A stretch of 64,000 nucleotides of DNA from an uncultured bacterium (GTDB lineage Bacteria > UBP15 > UBA6099 > JAJRTR01), in assembly GCA_964595945.1 (NCBI GenBank), contig CAZQSL010000001.1:36930-100929 (forward strand), given 5' to 3'. This document shows positions 30,321 through 40,278 of the stretch, piece by piece. The position numbers were made by a program, and so were the translations under genes. Numbering within the stretch: position 1 is the first letter of the stretch; each line of letters starts with the position of its first letter. Under the pieces are notes generated by a model. It did no database searches. It saw nothing but the letters and a program-made list of their open reading frames with translations, and was not told where the DNA came from.

Positions 30321-31313
30321 ATGAAGGGCGGAACCATCCTCATCACAGGCGGCGCGGGCTTCATCGGAAGCTGGACCGTCAGAGCATTTCTCGCAGATAC
30401 TTCCTGCAATATCGTAATCCTCGACAACTTCTCGAACGGCTCGAAGGCCAATCTCGAATCCTTTAGAAACGACTCCCGCATCCTCGATGTCATCAAATGC
30501 GATGTGGCCAATTCGCGACGTACGGCTGAAATCGTCTCGCGTGTCAAACCAGATATCTGCGTCCATCTCGCGGCACAGATCAACGTGCAACACAGCATCG
30601 ACGATCCCTGCGACACATTCAGATCCGACGTCACCGGCACATTCCATCTCCTCGAAGCCTGCCGCGCAGCAGGGGCGAAATTCGCATTTATGAGCACCTG
30701 CATGGTCTACGATCTCTCCGCGCCTTCCGGCTCCATCGCCGAAACTCATCCTGCCGTCCCTCGCTCACCCTATGCCGCGGCCAAGCTCGCGGGCGAAAAT
30801 CTCACTGTCTCCTACTTTCACGCATACGGCATGCCCACTGTCGTCATGCGCCCCTTCAATACCTATGGCCCCCGCCAGAAAGCATCGGGCGAAGGCGGTG
30901 TCGTTTCCATCTTCCTCTCGAAGCATATCAAGGGCGAAAACCTCAACATCTACGGCACAGGCAGGCAGACCCGCGACCTGCTCTATGTCGAAGACTGCGC
31001 CGATTTCATCCTCCGCGCCGTCAGTTCGAAAAAATGCTACGGCCGCATCATCAACGCCGCAACCGGTTCGGATATCACGGTCAATGACCTCGCCGCCCTC
31101 ACACTCACTTTGCCCACCGCCAACCCCGGAGCGAAAATCAAACATGTCAAACATATCCACCCGCAGAGCGAAATCATGAAACTCTGCGGCAATTACGACC
31201 TCGTCGCCTCGCTCCTCGGCTGGCGGCCGAAAACCGATCTGCGCACTGGCCTCGAAAAGACTTCCGAGTGGCTTACTTCCCTTATCGAAAAAGGAGATAC
31301 GCGATGGCTATGA
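30321..31313 (+). CDS. NAD-dependent sugar epimerase/dehydratase (SDR family)
   Basis: Rossmann motif ILITGGAGFIGS and a catalytic YxxxK region. Confidence 0.85.
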   Translation: MKGGTILITGGAGFIGSWTVRAFLADTSCNIVILDNFSNGSKANLESFRNDSRILDVIKCDVANSRRTAEIVSRVKPDICVHLAAQINVQHSIDDPCDTFRSDVTGTFHLLEACRAAGAKFAFMSTCMVYDLSAPSGSIAETHPAVPRSPYAAAKLAGENLTVSYFHAYGMPTVVMRPFNTYGPRQKASGEGGVVSIFLSKHIKGENLNIYGTGRQTRDLLYVEDCADFILRAVSSKKCYGRIINAATGSDITVNDLAALTLTLPTANPGAKIKHVKHIHPQSEIMKLCGNYDLVASLLGWRPKTDLRTGLEKTSEWLTSLIEKGDTRWL

Positions 31314-32503
31314 GCAAACCCGCAATCGAAGGCGGCACACCAGTCCGCGACAGGGTCCTGCCATATTCCACCCAATGGATCGAACAGTGCGACATCGACG
31401 CCGTCGTCGACACGCTACAGTCCGACTGGCTCACGACAGGACCCAAAGTGCGCGTTTTCGAAAAAGACTTCGCGGAATACACAGGCGCGGCTGCCACAGC
31501 CGCCGTCAACTCATGCACATCGGCGCTCAACGTGTCGGTCGTCGCATCCGGTATTGGCCCCGGTGACGAAGTCATCACCACGCCGCTGACATTTATCGCC
31601 ACGACCGCTGCCATCATCCATGCTGGCGCGACACCGGTTTTCGCCGACATAAGGCCCGACACATACAATATCGATCCCGCAGCCGTCGAAGCTGCCATTA
31701 CCCCACGCACCAGGGCCATCATTCCGGTCCACTACGCTGGCAACCCAGTCGACATCGACCCCATCATGGAGATAGCCCGCAGGCACGGACTCATCATCAT
31801 CGAAGACGGCGCGCACGCCGCCGGCGCTGAGTATAAAGGGAAAAAAATAGGCGCCTTCGATGTCACTACCTGCTTCAGCTTCCATCCCATCAAAAACATG
31901 ACCACAGCCGAAGGCGGCGTCATCACCACCCATGACACCGCGTTCGCGGACCGTATCCGCTCGCTCGCGTATTTCGGCATACCCAACGATCCCTACAAAC
32001 GCGCATCCAGCCCCCGCCCGTGGCATTATGATGTCGAAGCCCTCGGCTATAAATACAACATGAACGAGATTTCCGCCGCGCTCGGCATTTCCCAGCTCAA
32101 ACGCCTCGACCACTTCACTGCTCTGCGCACCGCCATTGCCGCCCGCTATGACGAGGCTTTCTCCACTCTTGACGCCATCGCCACTCCTGTCGTCACCGCA
32201 GACGCGAAATCCGCATGGCACCTTTATGTAATACGGCTGCGCGAAGGCGCGCTGCGTGTCGATCGCGATCATATCCTCGCCGCGCTACGTGCCGAGAACA
32301 TTTTCGCCAACCTCCACTACACGCCTGTCTATCGCCATCCGTACTGTGTGGAAGCACTCGGTAAAAATCCGGCCGATTACCCTGTCTGCGATGCCACTGG
32401 CGCTTCGATCATCACCGTTCCGCTGTTCCCGAAAATGACAGCCGCCGACACACAGTCAGTCATCGACGCAGTCACGAAGCTCGCTGAATGGTATGCGGCG
32501 TAG
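31304..32503 (+). CDS. DegT/DnrJ/EryC1/StrS family PLP-dependent sugar aminotransferase
   Basis: Family-typical aminotransferase fold with a conserved Lys region (SFHPIKNMTTAEGG). Overlaps the epimerase stop by 10 nt. Confidence 0.88.
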   Translation: MAMSKPAIEGGTPVRDRVLPYSTQWIEQCDIDAVVDTLQSDWLTTGPKVRVFEKDFAEYTGAAATAAVNSCTSALNVSVVASGIGPGDEVITTPLTFIATTAAIIHAGATPVFADIRPDTYNIDPAAVEAAITPRTRAIIPVHYAGNPVDIDPIMEIARRHGLIIIEDGAHAAGAEYKGKKIGAFDVTTCFSFHPIKNMTTAEGGVITTHDTAFADRIRSLAYFGIPNDPYKRASSPRPWHYDVEALGYKYNMNEISAALGISQLKRLDHFTALRTAIAARYDEAFSTLDAIATPVVTADAKSAWHLYVIRLREGALRVDRDHILAALRAENIFANLHYTPVYRHPYCVEALGKNPADYPVCDATGASIITVPLFPKMTAADTQSVIDAVTKLAEWYAA

Positions 32504-32574
32504 GCGGTTTTGATCAGTAGATGGATTGGGTGAGCAGATACGATCTGAAAAAAAACAATAATTCATACAACGAT

Positions 32575-33672
32575 CTATCCATTTTCCCTTAACAGTTCGG
32601 CGACGATGCGGTCGACGGCGAGGGCGTCTTCGCCGGTAGCAGCGGTGCCGGACTCTGCCGGGTCGAGGAGTCCGCGCGTGGCGCGCAGGAAGTTGTCGAT
32701 CTTGCGGTAGTGCGTGAAGGCGCGTGGCGTAAGAGCAGGGGGCAGGGAGACGGGTTTGCGCATGCCGAAGAGTCCGGTGTCGAGTTCGGTCGTGACCCTG
32801 GCCGGCAGGAACGGTGTGCGTGAGGAGGTAGTGCTGTAGCGCAGGTTGCCGCCGGAGCACTGGAAATAGCCGTAGTCTTCTTCGGCGAGAGAAAGGGTGT
32901 GGCGGCTCATGCGGATGTAGGAGATGACGCCTGAGGGAGCTGTGAGGAGGATGGCTGCGTGATCTGGTTTTGCCGAGCCGGATTCGAGAGTGCGGAGCTG
33001 GCCCTGCACGCGGACGGGCTGTCCGAAAAACCACAGGGCGGTGTCGATGAGGTGGCAGATGACTTCGAAGATGCCGCCCGGGCAGCGTGGGTCGGCGGTG
33101 CGCCATCCGGGCGAGAAGGATTCGGTCGAGCGGCCGGCGCGGCGCGCGAGGTCCATGGCGCGGTTGACGATTGGCACGTTGCCATAGGTGATGAGTCCGT
33201 TCCAGACGAATTCGGCCTGATAGCAGTCGCCGTAATTACCCGAGTTGATGAGGTCGCGGACGTGGTGGATGCCGCGGTCGCAGCGTTTGTGGTAGCCGAC
33301 GTGGAGCACGACGCCCGCGTCGCGGCAGGCGGCTATCATGCGTTCGCCGTCTTCGATGGTGGGAGCCATGGGTTTTTCGCACAGGACGTGTATGCCGCGG
33401 CTGGCGGCGGCGATGACGTGCTGCGGGTGCAGGAATGTAGGGGTGCAGATGCTGACGGCGTCGGGGCGGACGGTGTCGAGCATTTCTTCGTAGTCGGTGA
33501 ATATCTGAGGGACGCCGTAGCGGCGGGCCATCTTGGCGGCGACTTCTTCACGTGAGTCGCACAGGGCGGCGAATTCGACTTGCGGGTGCATGCGGTAGTA
33601 GGCGATATGGCCGGGTTCGGCGAATCGCCCGCATCCGACTACGGCTACTTTGTATTTTGATTTGCTGGTCAT
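32575..33672 (-). CDS. Gfo/Idh/MocA family NAD(P)-dependent oxidoreductase
   Basis: N-terminal Rossmann region KVAVVGCGRFAEPGHIAYY and the EKP motif region (LCEKPMA). Start taken at the ATG at 33672. Confidence 0.85.
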   Translation of the reverse strand: MTSKSKYKVAVVGCGRFAEPGHIAYYRMHPQVEFAALCDSREEVAAKMARRYGVPQIFTDYEEMLDTVRPDAVSICTPTFLHPQHVIAAASRGIHVLCEKPMAPTIEDGERMIAACRDAGVVLHVGYHKRCDRGIHHVRDLINSGNYGDCYQAEFVWNGLITYGNVPIVNRAMDLARRAGRSTESFSPGWRTADPRCPGGIFEVICHLIDTALWFFGQPVRVQGQLRTLESGSAKPDHAAILLTAPSGVISYIRMSRHTLSLAEEDYGYFQCSGGNLRYSTTSSRTPFLPARVTTELDTGLFGMRKPVSLPPALTPRAFTHYRKIDNFLRATRGLLDPAESGTAATGEDALAVDRIVAELLRENG

Positions 33673-33716
33673 TGGCTTCCATTCGGGAGGGAGATAAGAA
33701 GAAATAAACGTCAATT

Positions 33717-33971
33717 TTATGTGTGAGAGCTATTGTTAATATTTTGTAAGAATTGCTGAGCTGCAGGAGATGTTTCAGGAACAATAAGTTCAGAACCACA
33801 GTGTGGGCATATTTTCTTTCGAGAAGATATTCGCCAAATCGAATATATAATACCAGGTATGCAAAAAATTGGAATGAACATTATCCACAAAAACAATTCT
33901 AAGCAGCCTGTACCGGGTGTTTTAGTTGCGGGTTTTGCAAATATGTTTTTGCATGTAGTACAAAATGGCAT
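33717..33971 (-). CDS. Small zinc-ribbon membrane protein (CxxC-TM-CxxC, LITAF-like topology)
   Basis: 84 aa. An AGGAGG RBS lies 6 nt before the ATG at 33971. Motifs CTTC and CPHC flank one TM helix. The gene sits in an AT-rich islet. The track ORF is 8 codons longer, from a TTG. Confidence 0.45.
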   Translation of the reverse strand: MPFCTTCKNIFAKPATKTPGTGCLELFLWIMFIPIFCIPGIIYSIWRISSRKKICPHCGSELIVPETSPAAQQFLQNINNSSHT

Positions 33972-34143
33972 ACTATGCCTCCTGAATGTTTTCAAACGAA
34001 TAACACATTTCTGGCATGATCAAAAACATTATACCGCATTTATTGACCAAGTCGAGCAATTCATATGTTCATATTGTTGCTACATTACTGCAAAATACTC
34101 CATCATTCCTATTTAACAATATTGAAGCTTATAGCTATAAAAT

Positions 34144-35068
34144 TCAGAGCAGACCGGCCTGCTGGAGAGCGGCGCGGAGGATTTCCTTTTCGGCAGGGTC
34201 GGTGATTTCGAGCAGGGGCTGGCGCATGACGGAATTTTTGATGACGCCGAGCATGACGAGAGATGCTTTCATGCGCGCGCGGTAGTCGCGGACCGGGCGT
34301 GCGAAAATGGCTTCTTCGAGCGGACGGATGCGCTGCCAGAGAGCGGAGCCGCGCGCGAAGTCGCCGGAGAGGGTCGCCGCGCACATTTCGATCTGTTCGG
34401 CGATGGCGATGGTGCCGAATCCGATGAGCGCGCCGCGCGCGCCGAGGACGAGGGATTCGTAGATGAAGTTGTCATTGCCGGTGAGCAGTGTGATTTTGCG
34501 GTCGAGGCGCGACATGATGGCGGCTGTTTCGACGAATGTGACGGCGTCGAAGGAGGCTTCCTTGAGAGCGATTACTTCGGGGATGGCCGCGAGCTGGCGC
34601 AGGGTGGGTTCGTCGAAGATCACGCCTGCGAGGTCTTTCTGGAGCTGGAAAAGGATAATGGGGAGGCCGGAAGCATCGGCGATGGTTTTGTGGTAGTCGA
34701 AGGGGATGCGGGGGTCGAGATTGGTGCCGGAATAGACGGGGATGGGGAACACGACGAGTCCGTCGGCGCCGGCTTCGCGATACATGGCAGCCTGATCGGC
34801 AGCTTCGCGGTTGTATCTTGCGCTGAGTCCGGCGAAGACGGGGAATCTGCCTTTGACGCGTGACTTGAAGCGTTGGACGATGGTGGCACGTTCGCCGTCG
34901 GTGAGGTGTGGCCCTTCGCCGGTGTCCATGTTGACCGCGACGCCCTTGAGTCCGTCGAATGTGAGCAGCCAGTCGATGTAGGAGTCGAGCTGGCGGATGT
35001 CGAGTTCGGCGTCGGCGTTCATGGGGGTAACGGTTGCAGGAAAAATGCCTTCGAGATCGAATGTCATG
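34144..35068 (-). CDS. Dihydrodipicolinate synthase/N-acetylneuraminate lyase family (DapA-like) aldolase
   Basis: DapA-family TIM barrel. The ATG at 35068 has an AAAGGGG RBS. Confidence 0.8.
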
Positions 35069-35102
35069 TTGTTAAGCCCCTTTCGGTTGTGTCGGGTGTA
35101 AA

Positions 35103-36278
35103 TCATTTTGAATTATTCAGTGAGCGAAGGATATCTCGGTATTCCTTCTTATAGACGGTGCAGCCGACTATGGCGCCCGAGCGCAGGAGAGCGGGGCAGC
35201 CGCCGGTGGCGCATCCGGCGCAGAAGCGGACTGAGGATATGTCGCCGCTAAGGACCTTGCGGGGAAGTTCGTGATCGGCGAAGGTCTGGCGGCCGAATCC
35301 GATGAAATCGACATGTCCGGCAGAGAGGGCGGACTCGGCCCGGTCGATGAACGAGGGGCCGGGGATGGTGTATCCCGCGCTCATCACGGCGAGTGAGGGA
35401 GATTGTGATTTTGCCCAGCGCGCGAGGTCGTGATGGCGGTCGGTGAATGATAGCGGCTGCTTGCGCGCGGGGCGTGAGACTTCGGGGTTGATGTACGGGT
35501 TGCCAGCGGTTTCGCAGAGAAAGTCGGCACCGAGGCTGGTGAGCCGTGAGAGCAGTGCGGCTGGCTCGGCGGGGTCGAAAATATCGGGGTCGCAGGGCGA
35601 CACGCCGAACCCGCGCAGGTAGCCTTCGTAGAGAGAAACGCGCGAGCCGACTATGTGGGAGGGCAGGGCTTCGCGTACGGTTTTGAAAAGGTCGAGGACA
35701 AATCGCGCACGGTTGTCGAATGAGCCGCCGAACGAACCGGGACGTTCGTTGGAGGGCGCGAGGAGTTCCATGGGCAGATAGCCGTGGCAGCATTTGACGT
35801 CGATGCCGTCGACGCCGGCCGTGGCGGCGAGAAGTGCGAGCCGGGCGAGTGAATCGCGGGCGGCGAGGAGTTCTGAATCGGTCGCAAGCGGCAAATCCTG
35901 CTGGCCTGGTCGCATGCGGAATGGATCGGATGTGGGGACGAATGGTGTGATTGCATAGCGGCCTGCATGGTTGATCTGGAGTATGACGACTGGTGCGGGA
36001 TCGGCGGCTGATTTTATTGCGTCGACGAGCCGGGCAAATGCAGGGGCGTTGCCGGCAGTGAGCATGAGCTGCTGAGGGCGTGCCTTGGCATCGGGCGCGG
36101 GGGCTACCGCTTCGATGAAAATGAGGCCCCAGCCTCCGGCGGCGAGCGCGGCGTATCGCGAGACTGTGAGAGCGGTAGGCGAGCCGTCGGGAGCGGCGTC
36201 ATTGGCTTCCATCGGAAGTGCGGCGAACCGGTTGGGCGCCGTGTGATTTCTGAATTTGTAAGAGGTGGCGGCAAGCAT
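35103..36278 (-). CDS. NADH:flavin oxidoreductase, Old Yellow Enzyme family, with C-terminal Cys cluster
   Basis: OYE motifs QINHAGRYA and CCHGYLPMELL. The C-terminal C-x2-C-x4-C-x11-C arrangement resembles the 4Fe-4S motif of the 2-enoate/2,4-dienoyl-CoA reductase subgroup. Confidence 0.8.
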   Translation of the reverse strand: MLAATSYKFRNHTAPNRFAALPMEANDAAPDGSPTALTVSRYAALAAGGWGLIFIEAVAPAPDAKARPQQLMLTAGNAPAFARLVDAIKSAADPAPVVILQINHAGRYAITPFVPTSDPFRMRPGQQDLPLATDSELLAARDSLARLALLAATAGVDGIDVKCCHGYLPMELLAPSNERPGSFGGSFDNRARFVLDLFKTVREALPSHIVGSRVSLYEGYLRGFGVSPCDPDIFDPAEPAALLSRLTSLGADFLCETAGNPYINPEVSRPARKQPLSFTDRHHDLARWAKSQSPSLAVMSAGYTIPGPSFIDRAESALSAGHVDFIGFGRQTFADHELPRKVLSGDISSVRFCAGCATGGCPALLRSGAIVGCTVYKKEYRDILRSLNNSK

Positions 36279-36419
36279 GGGAAACCCCGGATGCGGGGCG
36301 GCGGTCTTTGGCTCGCGCGGCGAGTCGGCCCCGTGTGTGTCAGCATGATAACACTGCGCGCGCCGCATAGTCAATTATGTGATGTGAAAGGCAATCGGGA
36401 AATGGCCTGGACGGCGAAA

Positions 36420-37133
36420 TCAGACGACGATCAGCAACATGAGGAAGAAGTGCATGATGCTGCCGAGCATGACAAAGATGTGCCAGAGTTCGTGATAGCT
36501 GAAAACGCCGGGGCGGATGGCGGGTTTTTTGAACGCGAGCAGTATCGCGCCCGCAGTGTAAGCAATGCCGCCGGAAACCAGCAGCAATATTTGAGCTATG
36601 CTGAAGGTACGGCAGATCGGCACGATGGCCACGAGCGCGAGCCAGCCCATGATGCCATAGAGCGAATAGCTGAAAACATCGTCGGCGTTTTTGAGGAATA
36701 TCTTGAGAGCGATGCCCACGAATGCGAGTCCCCAGCTCACGCCGAGCAGCGACCAGCCCCATCCGCCTCTGATGACGAGCAGGCAGAGCGGGGTGTATGA
36801 TCCTGCTATGAGCAGATAGATGGCGCTGTGGTCGACCCGCTGAAATGCCAGAGCGCCCCGCAGCCTCAGCCTGCACAGCAGGTGATAGACCGAACTGCAC
36901 AGATACAGCGCGCAGAGCGTCGCGCCGTAGATGGAAAACGACACGATGCGCAATGCAGGGTAGGGCTCTCGCGCCGAAAGCACGATCAACACCACGAGGC
37001 CGGCGACCGAAAGGGCAAAGCCGAAAATGTGCGAGACGAAATTGAAGGTTTCATTATTTGTGTCGGCACGTTTGAGAAATGCGTCGGTTGCCGGGTCGAT
37101 TGTATTATTGACCATAAAAACTCCACTTCTCAC
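36420..37133 (-). CDS. Hemolysin III family (PAQR) membrane protein
   Basis: Seven TM segments and the C-terminal HELWHIFV motif. Confidence 0.85.
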   Translation of the reverse strand: MRSGVFMVNNTIDPATDAFLKRADTNNETFNFVSHIFGFALSVAGLVVLIVLSAREPYPALRIVSFSIYGATLCALYLCSSVYHLLCRLRLRGALAFQRVDHSAIYLLIAGSYTPLCLLVIRGGWGWSLLGVSWGLAFVGIALKIFLKNADDVFSYSLYGIMGWLALVAIVPICRTFSIAQILLLVSGGIAYTAGAILLAFKKPAIRPGVFSYHELWHIFVMLGSIMHFFLMLLIVV

Positions 37134-37186
37134 TTAACAACGTTATAACAAAACTGATGGTGCCTGGCAAACACTGGTGTGTGGGA

Positions 37187-38128
37187 CTATTCGCCCCGCA
37201 TCGCATCACGCAGCGCGCGGTAGCCGAGCAGTTTTATACCGTTGTCCATTATGGCGGCCTGCACATCCTTGTCGAGCAGCAGATCGAGATGTGTCTGCCG
37301 GTTGAGGCGGTCAGAGTCACCAGGGGCGCCGGCGCCGGGATGCAGCAGCAATTCGGAAACGCCGTCGGGCATGGTGGAGATAATGGTGAGGAGCTTCGCT
37401 TTTTTCTCTTCGAATGGACCCGGGATGTCGATGGCGAAAAAACGATCGGGCACGGCGATGCCCTTCGAGGCAGGCATGGGGTCGGCCGGTTTGCCCACCC
37501 ACCGGATCGGCAGCCGGTACTTGCGAGCGAGCGAAAAAACCACCGACAGCATGTTGGGATCGTAAGAATGGTAAAATCCTCTGTGACAGTCGAAATGGGT
37601 GACATCTACACCGAGAGCGAAGGCGCGGTCGAGCTGCGCGGTGAGTTCCGCCTCCACATCCTTCTTCTTCATCCTGGCCGGATTGGGGATGCCGTCGAAA
37701 AACGCGCCATCGGAGTCAAGTAGCGAAACGACAGCCTGGGGCGGCGCAAGAGGGCGCACGCGCGTGCCGTAATTGCCCTCATCGCTTCCGAGTACGAGAT
37801 GTACTCCTACATCCATATCCGGGCGTGTCCTGATAATGCCCATAGCTTCGTTTGCATAAGGGAATGAAACCATAAAACTCGTACTCGTCAGGTATCCACT
37901 GTCGAATCCCTTAACTATAGCCTCGTTGACCCACTCATTCATGCCGAGGTCATCACCGTTGATTATCAGGACTTTTCTGGCATTGTACTTTTCGAGGACG
38001 AGCCTGGAATATTTCCCAACATCTGCCGCCTGGATGCTCACACAGGCAAGCAATGTGAGTAGGAATATCGTCAAAAATGACAAAACGCGGAGCTTATTGC
38101 CGTTGAGGTTGTCATTGTCCATCATCAT
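37187..38128 (-). CDS. ChbG/YdjC family carbohydrate deacetylase
   Basis: YdjC-like N-terminal INGDDLGMNEWVNEAIVKGFDSGYLTS. Start chosen at the ATG run at 38128, which has a GGGGGAG RBS. Confidence 0.75.
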   Translation of the reverse strand: MMMDNDNLNGNKLRVLSFLTIFLLTLLACVSIQAADVGKYSRLVLEKYNARKVLIINGDDLGMNEWVNEAIVKGFDSGYLTSTSFMVSFPYANEAMGIIRTRPDMDVGVHLVLGSDEGNYGTRVRPLAPPQAVVSLLDSDGAFFDGIPNPARMKKKDVEAELTAQLDRAFALGVDVTHFDCHRGFYHSYDPNMLSVVFSLARKYRLPIRWVGKPADPMPASKGIAVPDRFFAIDIPGPFEEKKAKLLTIISTMPDGVSELLLHPGAGAPGDSDRLNRQTHLDLLLDKDVQAAIMDNGIKLLGYRALRDAMRGE

Positions 38129-38295
38129 TCTCCCCCAAAAAATCATTTGCCACCGAACCAATACTGATTATAATAAAATTGCGTGATGAAAAGCACACCT
38201 ATTTTTTTTAAAAATTATATGGCGAAAGATGTGTTGGTGGTATAATTGAATTGAGCATATACATTCTGACGCCAACATGAGATAAGGTGGTCAAT

Positions 38296-39393
38296 ATGAA
38301 AAAACTGATAACAGCACTCACGACAACGGCGTTCTGCGCATTCATGGCAATGGCCGCGCAAGCCGGTACCGGTACAGAGACCAACTGGTCCGCATCGCTA
38401 CTCTTTTCGACCCAGCCATCAGGCGGAGCGGCAGGGACAGAGGTAAAAGACCTCATGCCCATCGTCGTGGGTCAGGGGCCGGTCGCAACCGAGCTCCTGA
38501 AACCACCGTCGCTGCCGGGAAAAAATATCACCAATAGCGATGATGACGCCAGAGTCAACGCATATATCGTGACAGAAGACTCCAAAAAGGCAGCCCGCAG
38601 CCTTTCGCTTGCGAGCGCCGCAACGAACGGCAAAGCCTGGGCGATAGATGTAGAAGTGGAGCAAACCGGTACAGACCTCTATGTCGAGGTAGACCCTTCA
38701 TCGTTCTACAATGGTTACACATTCACCGTCGTCAATCCCGACACCAAGGAACTCACCTCCTTCACCACGGCTGAAATGGCTACGACCACAAAGAAAAAAG
38801 TCGCCACAAATGTAGCGGCCAAGACCACGATTGTCGTGGTCGCCGGCACATCGCAGACATTCGCGGTGTCCAACGGCACAAGCGTATTCGGTACGGCAGC
38901 CAGAAAAGGCGGTGCGCCACAGTCCGGTATTGGCATCTATGTGGGAAAAATCCCCGGGGAGGGCGTGACTCCTGATGCTATAACGGATTCCACTGGTGTA
39001 TATTCGCTTGCCCTGTCTTCTGGCACATACAAGATCAGGATGGACAAAGATTATTATCTCGGTACCGAATGCGACAGCATCACGGTATCAGACGCAGGAT
39101 CATCAACCGTAGTATGCGGTGACATCTATGCCGGTGATTTCAACAACAATGGTAGTATCAACGCATTAGACATCGCAGTGCTCGCAAAAGTGTATTTATG
39201 TGCTTACACTCAGGCGATCGCCACGTGCATGGTAGATGATACTAAATGCAATTACTGCAACATGCTCAAGACCACCTATGCTTCTGATCCCAATTCAAGC
39301 ATCTTTTATGATATTAACAACGATAAGGTGATCAACGTACTGGATATCGCCCAAATGAAAAGCGGGTACTACAGATCCGAGCCGTGGAAATAA
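38296..39393 (+). CDS. Secreted dockerin-containing protein with carboxypeptidase-regulatory-like (PEGA/CarbopepD_reg) domain
   Basis: Signal peptide and AAGGTGG RBS. A DSTGVYSLALSSGTYKI beta-sandwich segment. Two C-terminal dockerin type-I calcium-binding repeats (DFNNNGSINALDIAVLAKVY and DINNDKVINVLDIAQMKSGYY). Confidence 0.75.
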   Translation: MKKLITALTTTAFCAFMAMAAQAGTGTETNWSASLLFSTQPSGGAAGTEVKDLMPIVVGQGPVATELLKPPSLPGKNITNSDDDARVNAYIVTEDSKKAARSLSLASAATNGKAWAIDVEVEQTGTDLYVEVDPSSFYNGYTFTVVNPDTKELTSFTTAEMATTTKKKVATNVAAKTTIVVVAGTSQTFAVSNGTSVFGTAARKGGAPQSGIGIYVGKIPGEGVTPDAITDSTGVYSLALSSGTYKIRMDKDYYLGTECDSITVSDAGSSTVVCGDIYAGDFNNNGSINALDIAVLAKVYLCAYTQAIATCMVDDTKCNYCNMLKTTYASDPNSSIFYDINNDKVINVLDIAQMKSGYYRSEPWK

Positions 39394-39423
39394 TAGATCA
39401 TACCGAAGTAACCGGAATTTATA

Positions 39424-39453
39424 GCCCCCGCGAGATACATCGGGGGCTTTTTT
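39424..39453 (+). terminator. Rho-independent terminator after the dockerin gene
   Basis: Hairpin gcccccg-cgagatacat-cgggggc followed by a T run. Confidence 0.65.
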
Positions 39454-40062
39454 GCGGGCGCTTCCTTCTTTTGGATACTTTGTGAAACATCCTTGTTGAT
39501 AATATTTCTGGCTTTCGCCATCCGAAATAGTACAATTCTTCGCTGCTTGCGGCGAATATGAACGTGTGCATCTTATGATACCCCGCAAGCGGCGTGGAAT
39601 TAGACCCGAAGAGAATGAATGACCCCGGAGCAAATTCTCTCCGATCAAACTATCCTTGTATGGTAAGCCCAATGCTGTTTACTTAAGCTGTCATTCCGGG
39701 ACGATGCCCCGGATTCTATGAGACATGAAGTCAGGAGGGGCTTTCGAATACAGATGTTATTATCTTAAGTAAACAGCATAGAGGCTAAGCCAGTGAAAAC
39801 TGAATTGCATCAGTTGGTAATTATAGCTTATGATGGCGGTATGGTATGATTCGCATTAGAGCCTGTCCACGAACTGTCGAGTTGCCGAATGACAATGTAT
39901 TTTCTATAACAATGCGGCATCATAATCGCTAACCATGAGGTATTATTGTAACATCGTCACAATCGTTTACGAGTTTTTAGCCAGGCTCATAAATGCTTGT
40001 CATTCTGAGCGAAGCGAAGAATCTTGCTTGCCTTTTCTTAACATTATCGGCAAGCGTTCACG

Positions 40063-40094
40063 ACAAGAGCATGGAGACCCCCTTTTTGAAAAAA
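40063..40094. repeat. GGAG...CTCC palindromic hairpin family member
   Basis: ggagaccccctttttgaaaaaatggggtctcc. Perfect long palindrome with a T-run/A-run interior. Confidence 0.6.
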
Positions 40095-40150
40095 TGGGGT
40101 CTCCAAACCTCTACCGAAAAACTTTATATGATATACTCCAGCCATTTTTT

Positions 40151-40188
40151 GCGGGTTACAAGCGGCATATCAGCCGCTTGTAACCCGC
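40151..40188. repeat. Perfect 16-bp-stem hairpin flanked by a T run (5') and an A run (3')
   Basis: gcgggttacaagcggc-atatca-gccgcttgtaacccgc. Looks like a bidirectional terminator between convergent genes. Confidence 0.55.
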
Positions 40189-40222
40189 AAAACCAGAGAA
40201 TCCTCCAAACATAGGGAGTTTT

Positions 40223-40278
40223 TTGGAGAGGTGCGGAGAACCTTTTTTGCAAAAAAGGTTCTCCGCGAGTATTCCGTG
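40223..40278. repeat. GGAG...CTCC palindromic hairpin plus inverted copy of the repeat-copy-2 flank
   Basis: gcggagaaccttttttgcaaaaaaggttctccgc, then cgagtattccgtgaacggttaac. This is the reverse complement of 27468-27519. Confidence 0.65.

Noticed and set aside
33859-34116. 85-aa +strand ORF in the AT-rich islet.
   Set aside because: It is low-complexity Asn/Ile/Phe-rich, as expected from AT-rich sequence, and has no RBS. The oppositely oriented 84-aa zinc-ribbon gene with an AGGAGG RBS is the better-supported reading.
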